From Nitrospirales bacterium (GTDB lineage: Bacteria; Nitrospirota; Nitrospiria; Nitrospirales; UBA8639): a DNA stretch of 64,000 nt. The notes under the pieces are model-generated. The model was not told where the DNA came from. It ran no database searches and saw nothing but the letters and a program-made list of their open reading frames with translations. Below are positions 51,707 through 64,000 of this stretch, one piece after another. The translations under genes and the position numbers were made by a program. The stretch covers positions 1,237,639-1,301,638 of the forward strand of contig CBDBCZ010000015.1 in NCBI GenBank assembly GCA_965203295.1. Direction: 5' to 3'. Numbering within the stretch: the first letter of the stretch is position 1; each line of letters opens with the position of its first letter.

Positions 51707-54276
51707 TATATATTACTCTTACTAACCAGTCTAGTGGCCTAACTACCTCATCTCTACAGCACAGATGGCAATAACTGCCAATTAATGTATAGGCATCATT
51801 GCAGTGTTCCAGACCTTGCTCCAATAGTTGGTACCATCTCAGTATTCATTTCTACGGTTCTATGTACCTAAAACTGTCCATGTTGACAGCTGTTGGTAGC
51901 ACTCCTTATCTTTCCTACCTGCATGCTGTCTTAATTAGCCATGTAGTCAGCCTATAAATGCCACATGTACAGCAGATTAGCAACAGTGGCATTTATTTTT
52001 TCAATAACTTTATGTGGTTCAACAGAGACTTGTTTATCACTCTGCAGATATGATACCACTGAAAAGAAGTCGCGAGGTTGTTCTGTACAACTACATCTCG
52101 CTACTGAACAGCTACAGGTATACATGTATTTTATTATATCCTCTGATTCATTAACATGTTCAATTCATTTGGCTTATGTATTCATACAGCGTGCTGTCAA
52201 AGGTTCTGCCTTGGGAGGAATTAATTCAGAACTATGTATTTGAGGCTTGTCTGAAGAAATACTCCTCCTGGCTGAGTAGTTTCTGAACTGAAGAGAGAAG
52301 TAGGGTATGTTCACAAATTATTTATACCCACTGTAGTCATGATAAAGCCGATTTACTGTAGTATACATGTCAGTTTTGGGCATTATTTATGGTTGACATC
52401 AATGCTTGTCACTTTAGGTCGTAGGTGGTAAGCGATTGGATTACAGTAGGTAGATGGGGCTTCTAATCCTTCTAGCGGGACTCACCACCAATGCATCATC
52501 CAGTGACTGTATAGCTTATGTCATCTTACTCTACTAGTGCATGGTGGAAAGATAACGGCTGCATGTACTAAGTCGTACTTTTGCCAACACCGAAAGGGCA
52601 TCTTTTGTTACTATACAGGCTGACCTCCTTCAAATTCTGTGGGGTCTTCAATGGAAACTGCATGAAAGAGGCGTGGAACCATGCAGTCAATTGCAATACA
52701 TACACATAAGTGATTGGATTACAGTAAGTTATACACACACACCCTCTTCAGCATATATATCAGCCAGTTTTCCAGAGAAATTAATCCTTTTTGCAATTGA
52801 ACTGTGTAAGTGCAGTCGTGGTTCATGCTTTCAGAAGGAATACTTTGCCCATGCATGTAACCCCTTTAGTTTGTGGCTTGCTGGCTGATTCCAGCCCTTT
52901 CCTTAAATTCAATTCGAGGCCGTATGTGAACAAAACAGTTTGTTCTCATGCAATTATTTTTAAAATAGCTTGGCTATGTATAACAACTTCGTCAGGACTC
53001 GATTGAAGCTCTGGATAGGAATATGTGATCCGTTGTGCACTGACGTCGCACGCGCACGGTAATCGAATCGTTTGTATTTTCGCGAACACGTGATGAGTAA
53101 GCTTAGCTGTACACGGCGCCGTTCGCTACACAGAAAAGTTCTGGAGAATGTTTGAGCAGGAGCAGGGGAAGGTTACTGCCGGGCCGCTCTGGGAATGACC
53201 CAGGTAGGAAGTAGTTTCGAGGGTCTCGCATGGCAAGCGCTGCAGCTTGTTTCCCCGGCCGTACGAGCAAATAACTAAAAACGGAGAGCCGTTTTTTTTG
53301 TTGTTGTTTTTGTTCACTCTTGCGGGAAAAGTCTGACTGGGATTCTGGGAACAACACTAAGGTCACAGAGGTTTGCTAAAAGCTTTGCAACAGACTGTAG
53401 AGTAGAAACCCACAAAGCCTGCCCTGCTTGGTAGCGAGTCTTTTATCTAGAGTGTAATATTTAATAGGCACTATTAGTTTAGCTACGTTTCAATTTGTGG
53501 TTTGCTAGTCATAATTGTTGCAAGCTTTTGCTATGTGTAGTTAATTGCTTTACATGATGGCAACCTCAGTAATTTTCAGTCTTGTTTGAGGTGGAAAAAT
53601 AACTAAGATTCCCCTCCTTGTTTTTGAAAGTACTTCCACATTCAGATTTCTTACGACTAGAGCTCGAACTACTCGCACTCTGACCACTAGAGCTCAAGCT
53701 AATCTCAGTCTGGTAATCTGTAAAGTGTTGTTCCTACCTTTTGAGATTGCATCCCTGCATGATCTTTCCAACAGCAGCAGAGATCAAGTGGGCAGTAAGA
53801 GAGATATAGGCATCGTTTGCTCAGCTAGTCCAAATGTCGCTCGTGATAGCCAGACTCAAAATATCTTCTTTGAGCTTTTCCTTGAGAGCTACTTCAAAAT
53901 GCTGTGAATTGTAGCTAGAGAAATATCCTGCATGGCTAGCTATGGAACCTTGCCCTCAGTTCCAGTGACACGGGTGAGGTACAGCACCGGCCATTCGTGT
54001 TAACCGTCAACCTTGGTTTACGAGCATAAACCCAATTAATTAAGGGTTGAGCCATTTCTTTTTTGTTGTTGTTCACTCATGCGGTAAAGCCCTGGCTGGG
54101 ATTCAGGAACAAAAGCTCACCAAACACCCAGTTATGCGTCTCACGATATTGCAGGTGTTCTCCAGTGGTGTGTGGATCCACTATGCAACCTCAATTCTAA
54201 TCTTACATGGCCAAGGTGCTTTTCTTGTTGAGTTGGGAAGTATTACATTACCACACTACCTTGTTTCCAATCTCAG

Positions 54277-54405
54277 GCTCTGGAGCGAGTGAAATCAAAG
54301 TCCTCAACTTTGGCCTGGCTCGAGCGTCAGCCGAGTTCATGACCGGCTGCGTCACAACACGCTACTGGAGGGCTCCTGAGATCATGCCGAACTGGACGTG
54401 CTATG
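54277..54405 (+). pseudogene. MAPK14: Second copy of the p38-type MAPK exon (NFG; TGY changed to TGC)
   Basis: EIKVLNFGLARASAEFMTGCVTTRYWRAPEIMPNWTCY then GTGAG. Confidence 0.8.
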
Positions 54406-57400
54406 GTGAGTGTCTTGGTAGAGGGGGTCACCAGGGTGAGCCTTTGGTAACCAAGATCTAAGTAGTCACGTTATAAGCGTGGAAGTTGTGAGTAGTGTAG
54501 CAGTGAGTTGACAGGCAAATTGACAGAATTTGATCCTAAGGCTGGTGGTGTACAGTGCTCAGAATCTAAAGAGTACATTATTTCTGTAGGCAGCCTATCT
54601 ACTTGAAAAATAAGGCTGTGGACCGACTTCCAAGTCCACCATTGACTGTGGCTGTGGACCATTGACTGATGTACTTAGTGGCCATGTTTACTAGACATTT
54701 GGAGCCTGTATTGGTATGGGCTAATGTAATGGTGTATCATAGTACTGGTCTTGTAGCCCGGGGACTGGACTCTCCCTTCTTCATTCTGTAAGCCTCATTC
54801 ACAGACTCCACTGCCAACATGCAAAAAGGTTAGCAGTGGAGACAGTGAATGAGGCTACCACTGTTATACACAGACCATTCTGGCTAAAGAAAAGGTAATG
54901 GATGAGTAAAATGTATTAAGGTTAGGCCCAACCGGATGTGAAGAAATATTATGACCGTGTACAGTTTTGACGCCCATAGCTCGACAACATGGCGATGTAA
55001 GGCCATAAAAACTATGCAGGGCTAGAGTATAGAAACTGGAGAAAGCCTTGGAACAAGAATTTTGTCGATACGTGCACCGTACAGGCACGAAATTCACTCA
55101 CCTGCTCAAAACACATTCGTGGTAAATCCCTCTGAATTCAAGAGATATATGTAGCTGAAGCCATGGCTGTATCTGTAGGACTATGGATTAGATGTCCAGA
55201 CATCGAGAATGAAGACTTATTGCCCTCCGTTGGAGAGTAATGGCCGTAATTGTTGATTTTTAAAGTCGGCTCTGTAAGCTCTGGAAAAAGACGATAAGTC
55301 TTCATTCTCGATGTCTGGACATGTAGACCCCCTAAAAGTTTGGCATATCTGCGAGTCAGACCTACAGTTAGCTCGCGAGTCCTGGGATTTACCACGACAG
55401 ATTTTTCTGGCAACTCACTAATGCTTTCACTTTGTACATAAAGGTATTACATTATCATAATACATGAATTATCTAAGGTTGCCATAGGTATTCATGCATC
55501 TTAATTAGTAGGCTTGTTGAAAACCCACAAGTGTTTTTGAGCAGTGATGCCTTTAATGGTTCTCTCCATTGAAAAGATTCTGTAATCAGATGCTCCCACA
55601 TGATCTGGCCATCCCCCTCTTTTCCACCTTAGGACCTAAAGCCAGGAGTGAGTGAGAACTGTGAAGACCAGAAGTGACTCATCACTGATTGAAGGGAACA
55701 TTTCTAACATTTAAAGGTACCTTGCTTGTTATATTTAGGTTTTGAACTCTCGGAGCGAATTGAGATGCTGATTTAAGCGATTTTTTCAAGTCTGGTGTTT
55801 TGCAGAAGCTATAAAACCCTTGGGCTATTACTAATCGAAGATAGAGACCAAAGTTTATGTTGGACGGCCAGCATGACTAAATCCTTGTAATGAGGTATGC
55901 CGCCAAACAACTCACTGTTAAAGTACTCACAAAAAGCACACTTGACCTAGAGGAAGAAGCTACTTAATTATGTGTAAAGTGACACAGAACACCTTGCTGT
56001 CGGTTAGTGATCACAATGTATTGACTTGGATGTGCGCTTGTGGAAGGTATTTGATATTTGGAACGCAGTGCGTATGTGTAGAATGGTGACCGTACAGATT
56101 GCTAAGAGAGATCTGAGCCCAAGTACTGACCTCACTCTGCTTCACATCACTCAGTAGTAGTCGATTCTCTCATTGCTAAAATTAGTTTATATAATTAGTG
56201 GCTATAATTAGTTGCTCCCACATGACTTGGTCATTGCATATTCCCTCTCCCCCACCTTAGGACCTAAAGAGAGGAGTGAGTGAGAACTATGGCTGACGGC
56301 TGCTGAAGGGCACCTGAGATCGTGCTGAACTGGACAAGCAATGATCAGAAAGGTTAGAGAACCCTTAGTGTAGCTCACTAGACCCTCCCCTACCCCCACA
56401 CTCACAAAGAGCAAATAAAAGTTTCCAGCAGAGACATGCCCCACACTCCTGGACTCTGAAGTCTGGACCTAAATTATTGACAGTGTGAAAAACATGTATA
56501 TCGTGTTCATGTACTGCGGACGGATCACCGCAGTAAAGACACAGACACGTCACTATGTATACTCCTCCGTGAACCCGTGAACACATGCCAAGTGACCGCG
56601 TGTGCCCGGCCTCTGCCTTAGAGTTCTTCACCATATTAAAATGGCAGACCTTACCGATAGTGAATAAGATAGAGCTGGACGTGCAGAGACTAGAACCGCT
56701 TTGGTCACTGTCAGGACACACACGTTGATTTTTATTTCTTTCATTAGTTACATCCTGATTTGAAATTGTTAGAGCCTCTAAATCTTGAAGAATTTTTAAG
56801 TACGGATGTACAATAAAAGCAGATTGCTCAACCCCACTCGTATACATGGTGCAGGGTAAAAATGAAATATGGAGAGGGAGAGTCTTGCACAAAATTAGCT
56901 TTAAACTGACAGCCTGCACTGTAGAATATTCTGTTAGCTAACTACTTTCGTATGTCGATCTGCCTCCATAGACATTGGGGTTCAGGGGTAGAGAGAACTC
57001 TAATAAGATCTCATACATGTAGTTCACATTGCTACCCGGAATTGGTTTGTAGTATGGAAAGTAGACCAATAATATGTGTGGACTCTAACCACACCCCCGC
57101 TATATTATATTCCTCAATTTTTTACCAAGGTCCTTCTATCCAAATTTTTCTCCATGGCTACAGTATGAGGTGAAAGGCCTCGGTATGAGGTTCACTTTAA
57201 TAGTGTTCAGTGAGGATTCCATGGCAAGTTCATGCTTACATGCGTGTGTGAGTCTCTAAAGTCTCCCTGTACAGGGCCATAATTATGGCTGCAGAGCATT
57301 TAATGATATTCATGCACTATAATAGACAATATTGAGAGTTTTAGCAACCCACAAGTATTTTGAGCAAGTGCTGCATATATAAAGAGGAAATCAGCTCCTT

Positions 57401-57675
57401 GCTCTACATGTACCTTCATGTAGAGCGTGGAGAAAAATTTGGACAGAAGGACCTTGAGTATCTAACAATTTTTGGGGGCCTGTGATGGGCCTATGAGTAG
57501 CACCTAACGTGTTTATGTAGTCTCCAGTGGCTACACTTCATGTAGTGGCACTGTTGGAATTTTCGTACAGATAGATTGATGTGTGTATTGTGTTGATGGC
57601 AGGTTGTAGGGATGGTAAGCCATGAAAGTTCTGTTGTGTCATTACCCTATGCCGTGTTTACGTGAGTGGTGTTAA

Positions 57676-58819
57676 CTTATTGCACGCCGTACGCCACATT
57701 AACTCATTGCACGCGGCGCGCCTATATATAGGCACACGTGGTACAATTAGTCTACGCGGAGCGCCTATATATAGGCGTTCGTGCACTTGCTCGCGTGTAC
57801 TGACCCTTAGCGAAGGAGAAGTCCCTCCCTCGTGGCTATGGCTTCTTTAGCCACACCTTTGTGATGTAACTGTACCGAAACTAGACAAAGGTTTGTAAAA
57901 TAGCGGCTCATGCACGGCAAAATTGGCAACCAATTAACGATCGCTAACTATGGCTAGCTACAATGCTACGCAGTTATTCGGACTCTACGGTCACTGTCAG
58001 CGGTAGCTTCGGCAATCTTGCTTCTGGAGAGAGTCAGGGAGTCGGTTGGACCGTCTTGCTTCGTCGTCAGCGTGTACAGACTTTGTTTTCAAACTCGTTT
58101 TCAACGTTGCCGTATTGGAAATTAACCGTGAACCGTGTGATGGATCCTGAAGAAGCTTTGATGGTCTAATCCGCGGCCCTTTCTGTGCTGAATAGCTGTG
58201 GCTGATGGTCTTCGAAGTAAAACAACAGAGAATCCGCCGCTTCCTTGACCCGGTTAGCAAAAAAATAGGCAAACGCTACACGGAAACGCTTAGTGCGCGT
58301 TAATTGACAATTATTACGCGTAGGCTAATTTCGCGTGTAAAATTATTGTCGCGTGCAATGAGTTAAGTGGATATTATGTAATCCTTCGGCCACGCCACAC
58401 GCCACTATAGTGGCTTTAGAAACGGCAAGTTAACTGTACGGCCCGGAGGGGCAACCCCTTCCTTTATTAGCCATAAAATTGAGTAGAGTGATTACCAATA
58501 ATGATGTAAGTGTGCAGAAAGTCGATCTAATCTGTAATAGATCGGATGCATACGGCAAAATATACAACCGATCAAGGCAACTAGCTAACTTACCGTGTAT
58601 CCGGTTATCGATCCTGAAGCCCTTCTTGGATCCAATCCGCCGCCCTTTTTGCCTTTAATGGCTGTAGCTAGTAGTCTTCTAACAAGTACAACGCAGAATT
58701 CGCTGGATACTCGAGTTGGTATAAGCATAAACCGTAAACTAAAACTTTTAGTACGCCATTGTTGTAGAAATTATAGCGTGGAGCATCACGCACGTGACGT
58801 AATTACGGCGTGCAATTAG
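57676..58819. mobile_element. Non-autonomous TTAA-targeting (piggyBac-like) element, outer member of a nested pair
   Basis: TTAA|CTTATTGCACGCCGTA ... TACGGCGTGCAATTAG|TTTTAA. The paralogous empty site is GGGGTTAAGTAATC at about 46251-46264. Confidence 0.75.
57703..58362. mobile_element. Inner 660-bp TTAA element of a related family
   Basis: TTAA|CTCATTGCACGCG ... CGCGTGCAATGAG|TTAA. Confidence 0.85.
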
Positions 58820-59651
58820 TTTTAAGCAATCTGTTTTGTCCATCTGCCATAACGAGACTTTTGAACGGGAGATTGAGAGGCTATAACAATCACAAAGCAG
58901 GATGTAAAAATTGAAATCCAACATGTGTGTCCCTGACAAGAACCAAAACGATTCTTGTCTCCGTATGTCCAGCTCTTTCTTATTTAACATCGGTAAGGTC
59001 CTTTTGATATGGTCAATAATTGAATACGACAGAGGCCGGGCGTATGTAGTCTCTTGACATGTGTCCATACTAGAATATAAGTAGAGAAGCACCCGTGTCA
59101 TTACTATGGTGATCAGTCACGCTTACAACTCGTATACGGCGTTACACGTGCATGGTATATGTGTCTACATGCTGTTTCCAGTCAGCAGGGTTCAGGAGCG
59201 CGGGGTATGTTTCTGCTAGAGACTTCAGGTTCTTACCTTATTTGGTTCATTTTTAGGGATTTCATCCTGACTTGCTGTTCATCTATTGAAATGATCTTTT
59301 CTGTGTAACGTGGTGCTGAGGCTACCTTGTTTTGTTAGTTTTTCAAGACCGTACATACACTAGCTCAGATTCCACTACCACGCCACAACATTACTTACCT
59401 CGTAATAAGAGGTGCTCAGCAATGAAATCTTGATTAATGTCTCGCTCTCGCATAGGCTGTGTGAGTGTTAGAGGTCTCCATCCATTACCCTGTTGACTAA
59501 CTGTTTTGGCCGGACCCTGTGGCAACTGGGGCAAGCATTGAGTGAGACCTAGGCTGGCAGGTGACGTGAAGCAGCTCACATTAAAATAATTAACAGTTCA
59601 GGAGCGCGGGGTGTGTTTCTGCTAGAGACTTCTAGTTTTTACCTTATTTGG

Positions 59652-60612
59652 CCAGTGAGGGCTCGTGGAGCTGTGGATGCAGACTCAAGGAGCCTTGTGA
59701 ATAGGCTGAGAGGCTGGAGGCACAAGGAGCCTCTGGTTGCTCAGGAAGCAGGTGAGGTATATAGTAGGCTTGCCCCAAATTGGTAGTTAGGAGTCAGGGT
59801 CCGGCGTAGTAGCTACGCTTACCAGCATAGCTGTGCTATCAGGCTCTGGTAGTCGCTACTGCTAATATTTCGATAACCTCATGTTCAGGGGTCCTGACAT
59901 AGGTTTGGTATGAGTCGCTTAACCATCTGCCCAGCATTTTGATTTCCAGTCTGGTATCCCAGCAGCCGCTGCTGTAGTTGCAGCTCAAATTCTGAAGCTG
60001 TGAGTGGAGTATCGTGATGCAGGTGTGCCTACACGCTGTTCCAGTTCTTTCATAAGATGGTTAAACTGGTGCTGGCTCAGAGCCCCACCAATTGCAAACC
60101 TTATCAAAGTGCCTTAAGGTTCGAACCTTGAAGGTATAGGTCCATGGCTTTCACGGCACATAAATTCGAATCTCCACAGCTTGATAGGTAGCGTCTAGTT
60201 TAGTTTGAAATGATCGTATACTCGTTTGATTCCTCGCAGGAGCCTCTGAAGCTGTAGGTATCCCTCTGGTGGGTTTGGGAGGCCCTGTTCTACGTGGAGA
60301 CACCTTTACTGCGAAGAGGTATGTCTTAATGGGGGCTGGCTTGAGGTTGAGACGTTAGCGTCTTTTCCGAGGCCGGTAGGGGGATACCACCTTGATTTAG
60401 CCTGTCGTACATGGTGGTAAAGTTCAAGAATGCTCTGGCCTTGGCGCTGTATGTTGCTTGGGTGCTTGGTGCAAGGGCCTGCTGTAGGATGAAAATTCCT
60501 ATGTCTTCTAAGGGCAGTGAGGTGGGTAGATGGGTAGGTATTGTGCTGGCAGCTGGGGCCAGTCGCCGGAATTCCTGCATATGAAAACGACATAGACAAT
60601 CAGCAATACTTT
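59652..60612 (-). mobile_element. DIRS/Ngaro-type tyrosine-recombinase retrotransposon relic (RNase H C-terminus plus YR), decayed
   Basis: Minus strand: IADCLCRFHMQEFRRLAPAA (RNase H end), ALAPSTQATYS (YR start), LCAVKAMDLYL, YSTHSFRI*AATTAAAAGIPDW and KMLGRWLSDSYQTYVRTP. These are the HSFRIGAAT and GRWxSxxYxxY catalytic motifs, with a stop and frameshifts. Confidence 0.9.
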
Positions 60613-60659
60613 TTTATCAATCTCCATTTCCCTGTGCACTTTTTGTGTACCACACCTAG

Positions 60660-60808
60660 GGGACTAATGATGAGGTCTCCTGTATAGAGAGGTGTCCTCA
60701 TTTTGAGGTAAATTTGTATTTTGATCGAAGCGTATTTGGGGCACAGCAAAGCGTCCTTAAAACTGAGGTATCCTTATTTCAGGGGTGTCATTTAAGAGAG
60801 GTTTACTG
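60660..60808 (-). mobile_element. Truncated short MITE related to 62629-62796
   Basis: Reverse complement starts TA|CAGTAAACCTCTCTTAAATGACACCCCTGAAATAAGGATACC. Confidence 0.6.
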
Positions 60809-60882
60809 TAGTACTGTTTGGTCTCGTGCCCATACTCCTGTCCCCCCCCCGGTCTGCAGTCTGGGTATGAGACAGATTTGAT

Positions 60883-61003
<121 letters not shown>

Positions 61004-61004
61004 G

Positions 61005-62146
<1,142 letters not shown>

Positions 62147-62250
62147 GTGAGTGAGCCCCTTTTAGCCTCGTTCCCGGCGGAGGTTGGAAACGATCACGTG
62201 CAGTAATTGTGTGGGCGAGGCAATTCATGTTATAGAGTGAACTCTGTAAT

Positions 62251-62442
62251 AGACACTTTACCATTATGATGTAATGGTGGTAAAAGTAAGCATTAAAGGG
62301 AAACTTTACATGGAGACATGCATGTTTTTGTGCTTTCATGTTTAAAATTTACATGATAGCACAAAAACATGCACGTTTTCATGTAAATTTCCCATTTAGT
62401 GTCTACTTTTACCCCCCATTACATCATAATGGTAAAGGGTCT
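62251..62442. mobile_element. 192-bp fully palindromic MITE with AT TSD (ISL2EU/Harbinger-like)
   Basis: AT|AGACACTTTACCATTATGATGTAATGG ... CCATTACATCATAATGGTAAAGGGTCT|AT. The adjacent uninterrupted unit GAACTCTGTAATTGTGTGGG (62461-62480) shows the empty site. Confidence 0.8.
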
Positions 62443-62628
62443 ATTGTGTGGGTGTAGAGCGAACTCTGTAATTGTGTGGGCGTTGTTTATAGACAGCATA
62501 ACATGTTTTGATAACTTCAAAGCCTTACTCTACTTATCTTATCCTATTCCCAGTGAGGCGTATAACCACTCTTCTCAAGTCCCCGCTACGAAGGGGCTGA
62601 GTGATTTGTTATGACTCACCCATGAATG

Positions 62629-62796
62629 CAGTGGAACCCCTCTTAAAGAACACCCCTGAAATAAGGACACCTGTGTATTAAGGGTGCTTTGCTATGTCCC
62701 GTATGCTACAAATTTTCCCCTGAAATGAGGGCACCTTTCTATATACAAGACACTTTACCAGGTCCCCAAGGTGTCCACAATATAGGGGTTCCACTG
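62629..62796. mobile_element. 168-bp MITE (CAGTGGAACCCCT...AGGGGTTCCACTG), Tc1/pogo-type
   Basis: 13-bp perfect TIR. The flanking TA sites are degenerate (TG / TC). Confidence 0.75.
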
Positions 62797-62920
62797 TCTA
62801 CTTTTTGGAAGTGTATAAGGACACCACACTGCCAACTGAATCAACGTTTGTCTGGTTTATGGGAGAATTAGACAATCTGTTTGGAGGGTGTTTTGAAGAG
62901 TTTAGTACACTCAATAAATA

Positions 62921-63100
62921 ATTGGGCAAGCGTGAGCAAGCCCCACACTAGTGTGTTCATTTGAGAATTTGTCTGTGCGTACGGTGACTGGTGTGCGTAC
63001 GTACGTATGTCCACATGCCGCATATCGTTTCCGTGTTCAAATATAATGTATAACATTCAAAATCGTTCCAGTAATATAACGTTCCAAATTCCAAATCTGG
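62921..63100 (+). mobile_element. 5' part of a HINE-like element, same family as 26706
   Basis: ATTGGGCAAGCGTGAGCAAGCCCCACACTAGTGTGTTCATTTGAGAATTTGTCTGTGCGTACGG. Confidence 0.5.
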
Positions 63101-63291
63101 GATACTAGGAAGAATAATTGTATGGCAATCAAGATGGTGAAACATCTGGTTGCTCTTGCTCTTGTCCTCTGACTGGAAATCTTACAAGTTCTGCCTAAGT
63201 ATTTGGGTGCGTGGTCAATGGGTAAGCGCTACAGCAGCAACATGAGTATATATTTACCGTGGCCGAGACGGCCGCTCATCCCAAGTTACAT

Positions 63292-63650
63292 GTCCCAAGC
63301 GACTTGCTCTCGTCCCAAGCGACTTGCTCTCGTCCCAAGCGACTTGCTCTCGCCCCAAGCGACTTGCTCTCGCCCCAAGCGACTCGCTATCGCCCCAAGC
63401 GACTCGCTCTCGTCCCAAGCGACTCGCTCTCGCCCCAAGCGACTCGCTCCCGTCCCAAGCGACTCGCTCTCGTCCCAAGCGACTCGCTCCCGTCCCGGGC
63501 CAAGCGACTCGCTCTCGCCCCAAGCGACTCGCCTCGTCCCAAGCGACTCGCTCTCGTCCCAAGCGACTCGCTCTCGTCTCAAGCGACTTGCTCTCGCCCC
63601 AAGCGACTCGCTCTCGTCCCAAGCGACTTGCTCTTGTGACTTGTCCCAAG
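63292..63650 (+). repeat. 20-bp GC-rich minisatellite (CCCAAGCGACTCGCTCTCGT), about 17 copies
   Basis: Directly visible. It explains the repetitive ORFs at 63203-63694. Confidence 0.95.
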
Positions 63651-64000
63651 CACTAGCGACTAGCCGGAGGAACGTTTCCACAATTAACCTTTGACCTTCA
63701 CGTGCTCACGCGGCCCGCCCACTTTGCCAAAGAGCTGTGATACTGTGGTGAAATACATATGCGCGGATGTGGACTGTGATGGGGCATGTGGAGTGCATAT
63801 ATATGTGTATGGGCGCAAGCATTGGTACTGCTGAGAATACTGAGCTGGTAGCTACACGAATTATAACAGCACCACCTGCCGTTCCATTCACACACCATGC
63901 ACACCCCTACACGCTCCCTCTCAGCACCAAGCAAACAGCACCACCTGCCGTTCCATTCAAAGGTCATGCATCCACGCACCCTTCCATTCACAGAACATGC

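Larger units (their letters stand above)
52879..59600 (+). repeat. Segmental duplication, copy B
   Basis: Collinear with 36606-47570, but lacks about 39781-43000 and the insertions at 43708 and 46356. It has its own insertion at 57676. Confidence 0.93.

Noticed and set aside
51169..51774. 201-aa ORF
   Set aside because: Its length comes from a 156-bp tandem duplication in a probable transposon. No domain and a non-ATG start.

Overview
Eukaryotic (intron-containing animal) DNA, most likely a sponge-like invertebrate. That assignment is an inference from the repeat families and the Pmp-like and NLR-type LRR relics. Bases 1-26274 are one head-to-tail compound satellite built from two monomers, L (about 163 bp) and S (about 85 bp), which share a ~40-bp head. 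They are arranged into nested higher-order repeats of 1230, 1484 and 4032 bp. The remaining ~38 kb looks like a pericentromeric-type patchwork with no intact gene that I can support. It holds a spliced but frameshifted TRAPPC13 pseudogene with a second partial copy, three relic p38-MAPK exons, Pmp-like beta-helix and LRR gene relics, and a LINE RT fragment. It also holds a DIRS/Ngaro tyrosine-recombinase retroelement relic, a tRNA-Thr(AGT)-like SINE head, many MITEs (TA, TTAA, AT and 8-bp TSD types, some nested) and Helitron/Helentron-like elements. A mosaic segmental duplication (about 36.6-47.6 kb vs 52.9-59.6 kb) carries several short inverted templated insertions. All calls are from reading the sequence by eye; no database searches were run.
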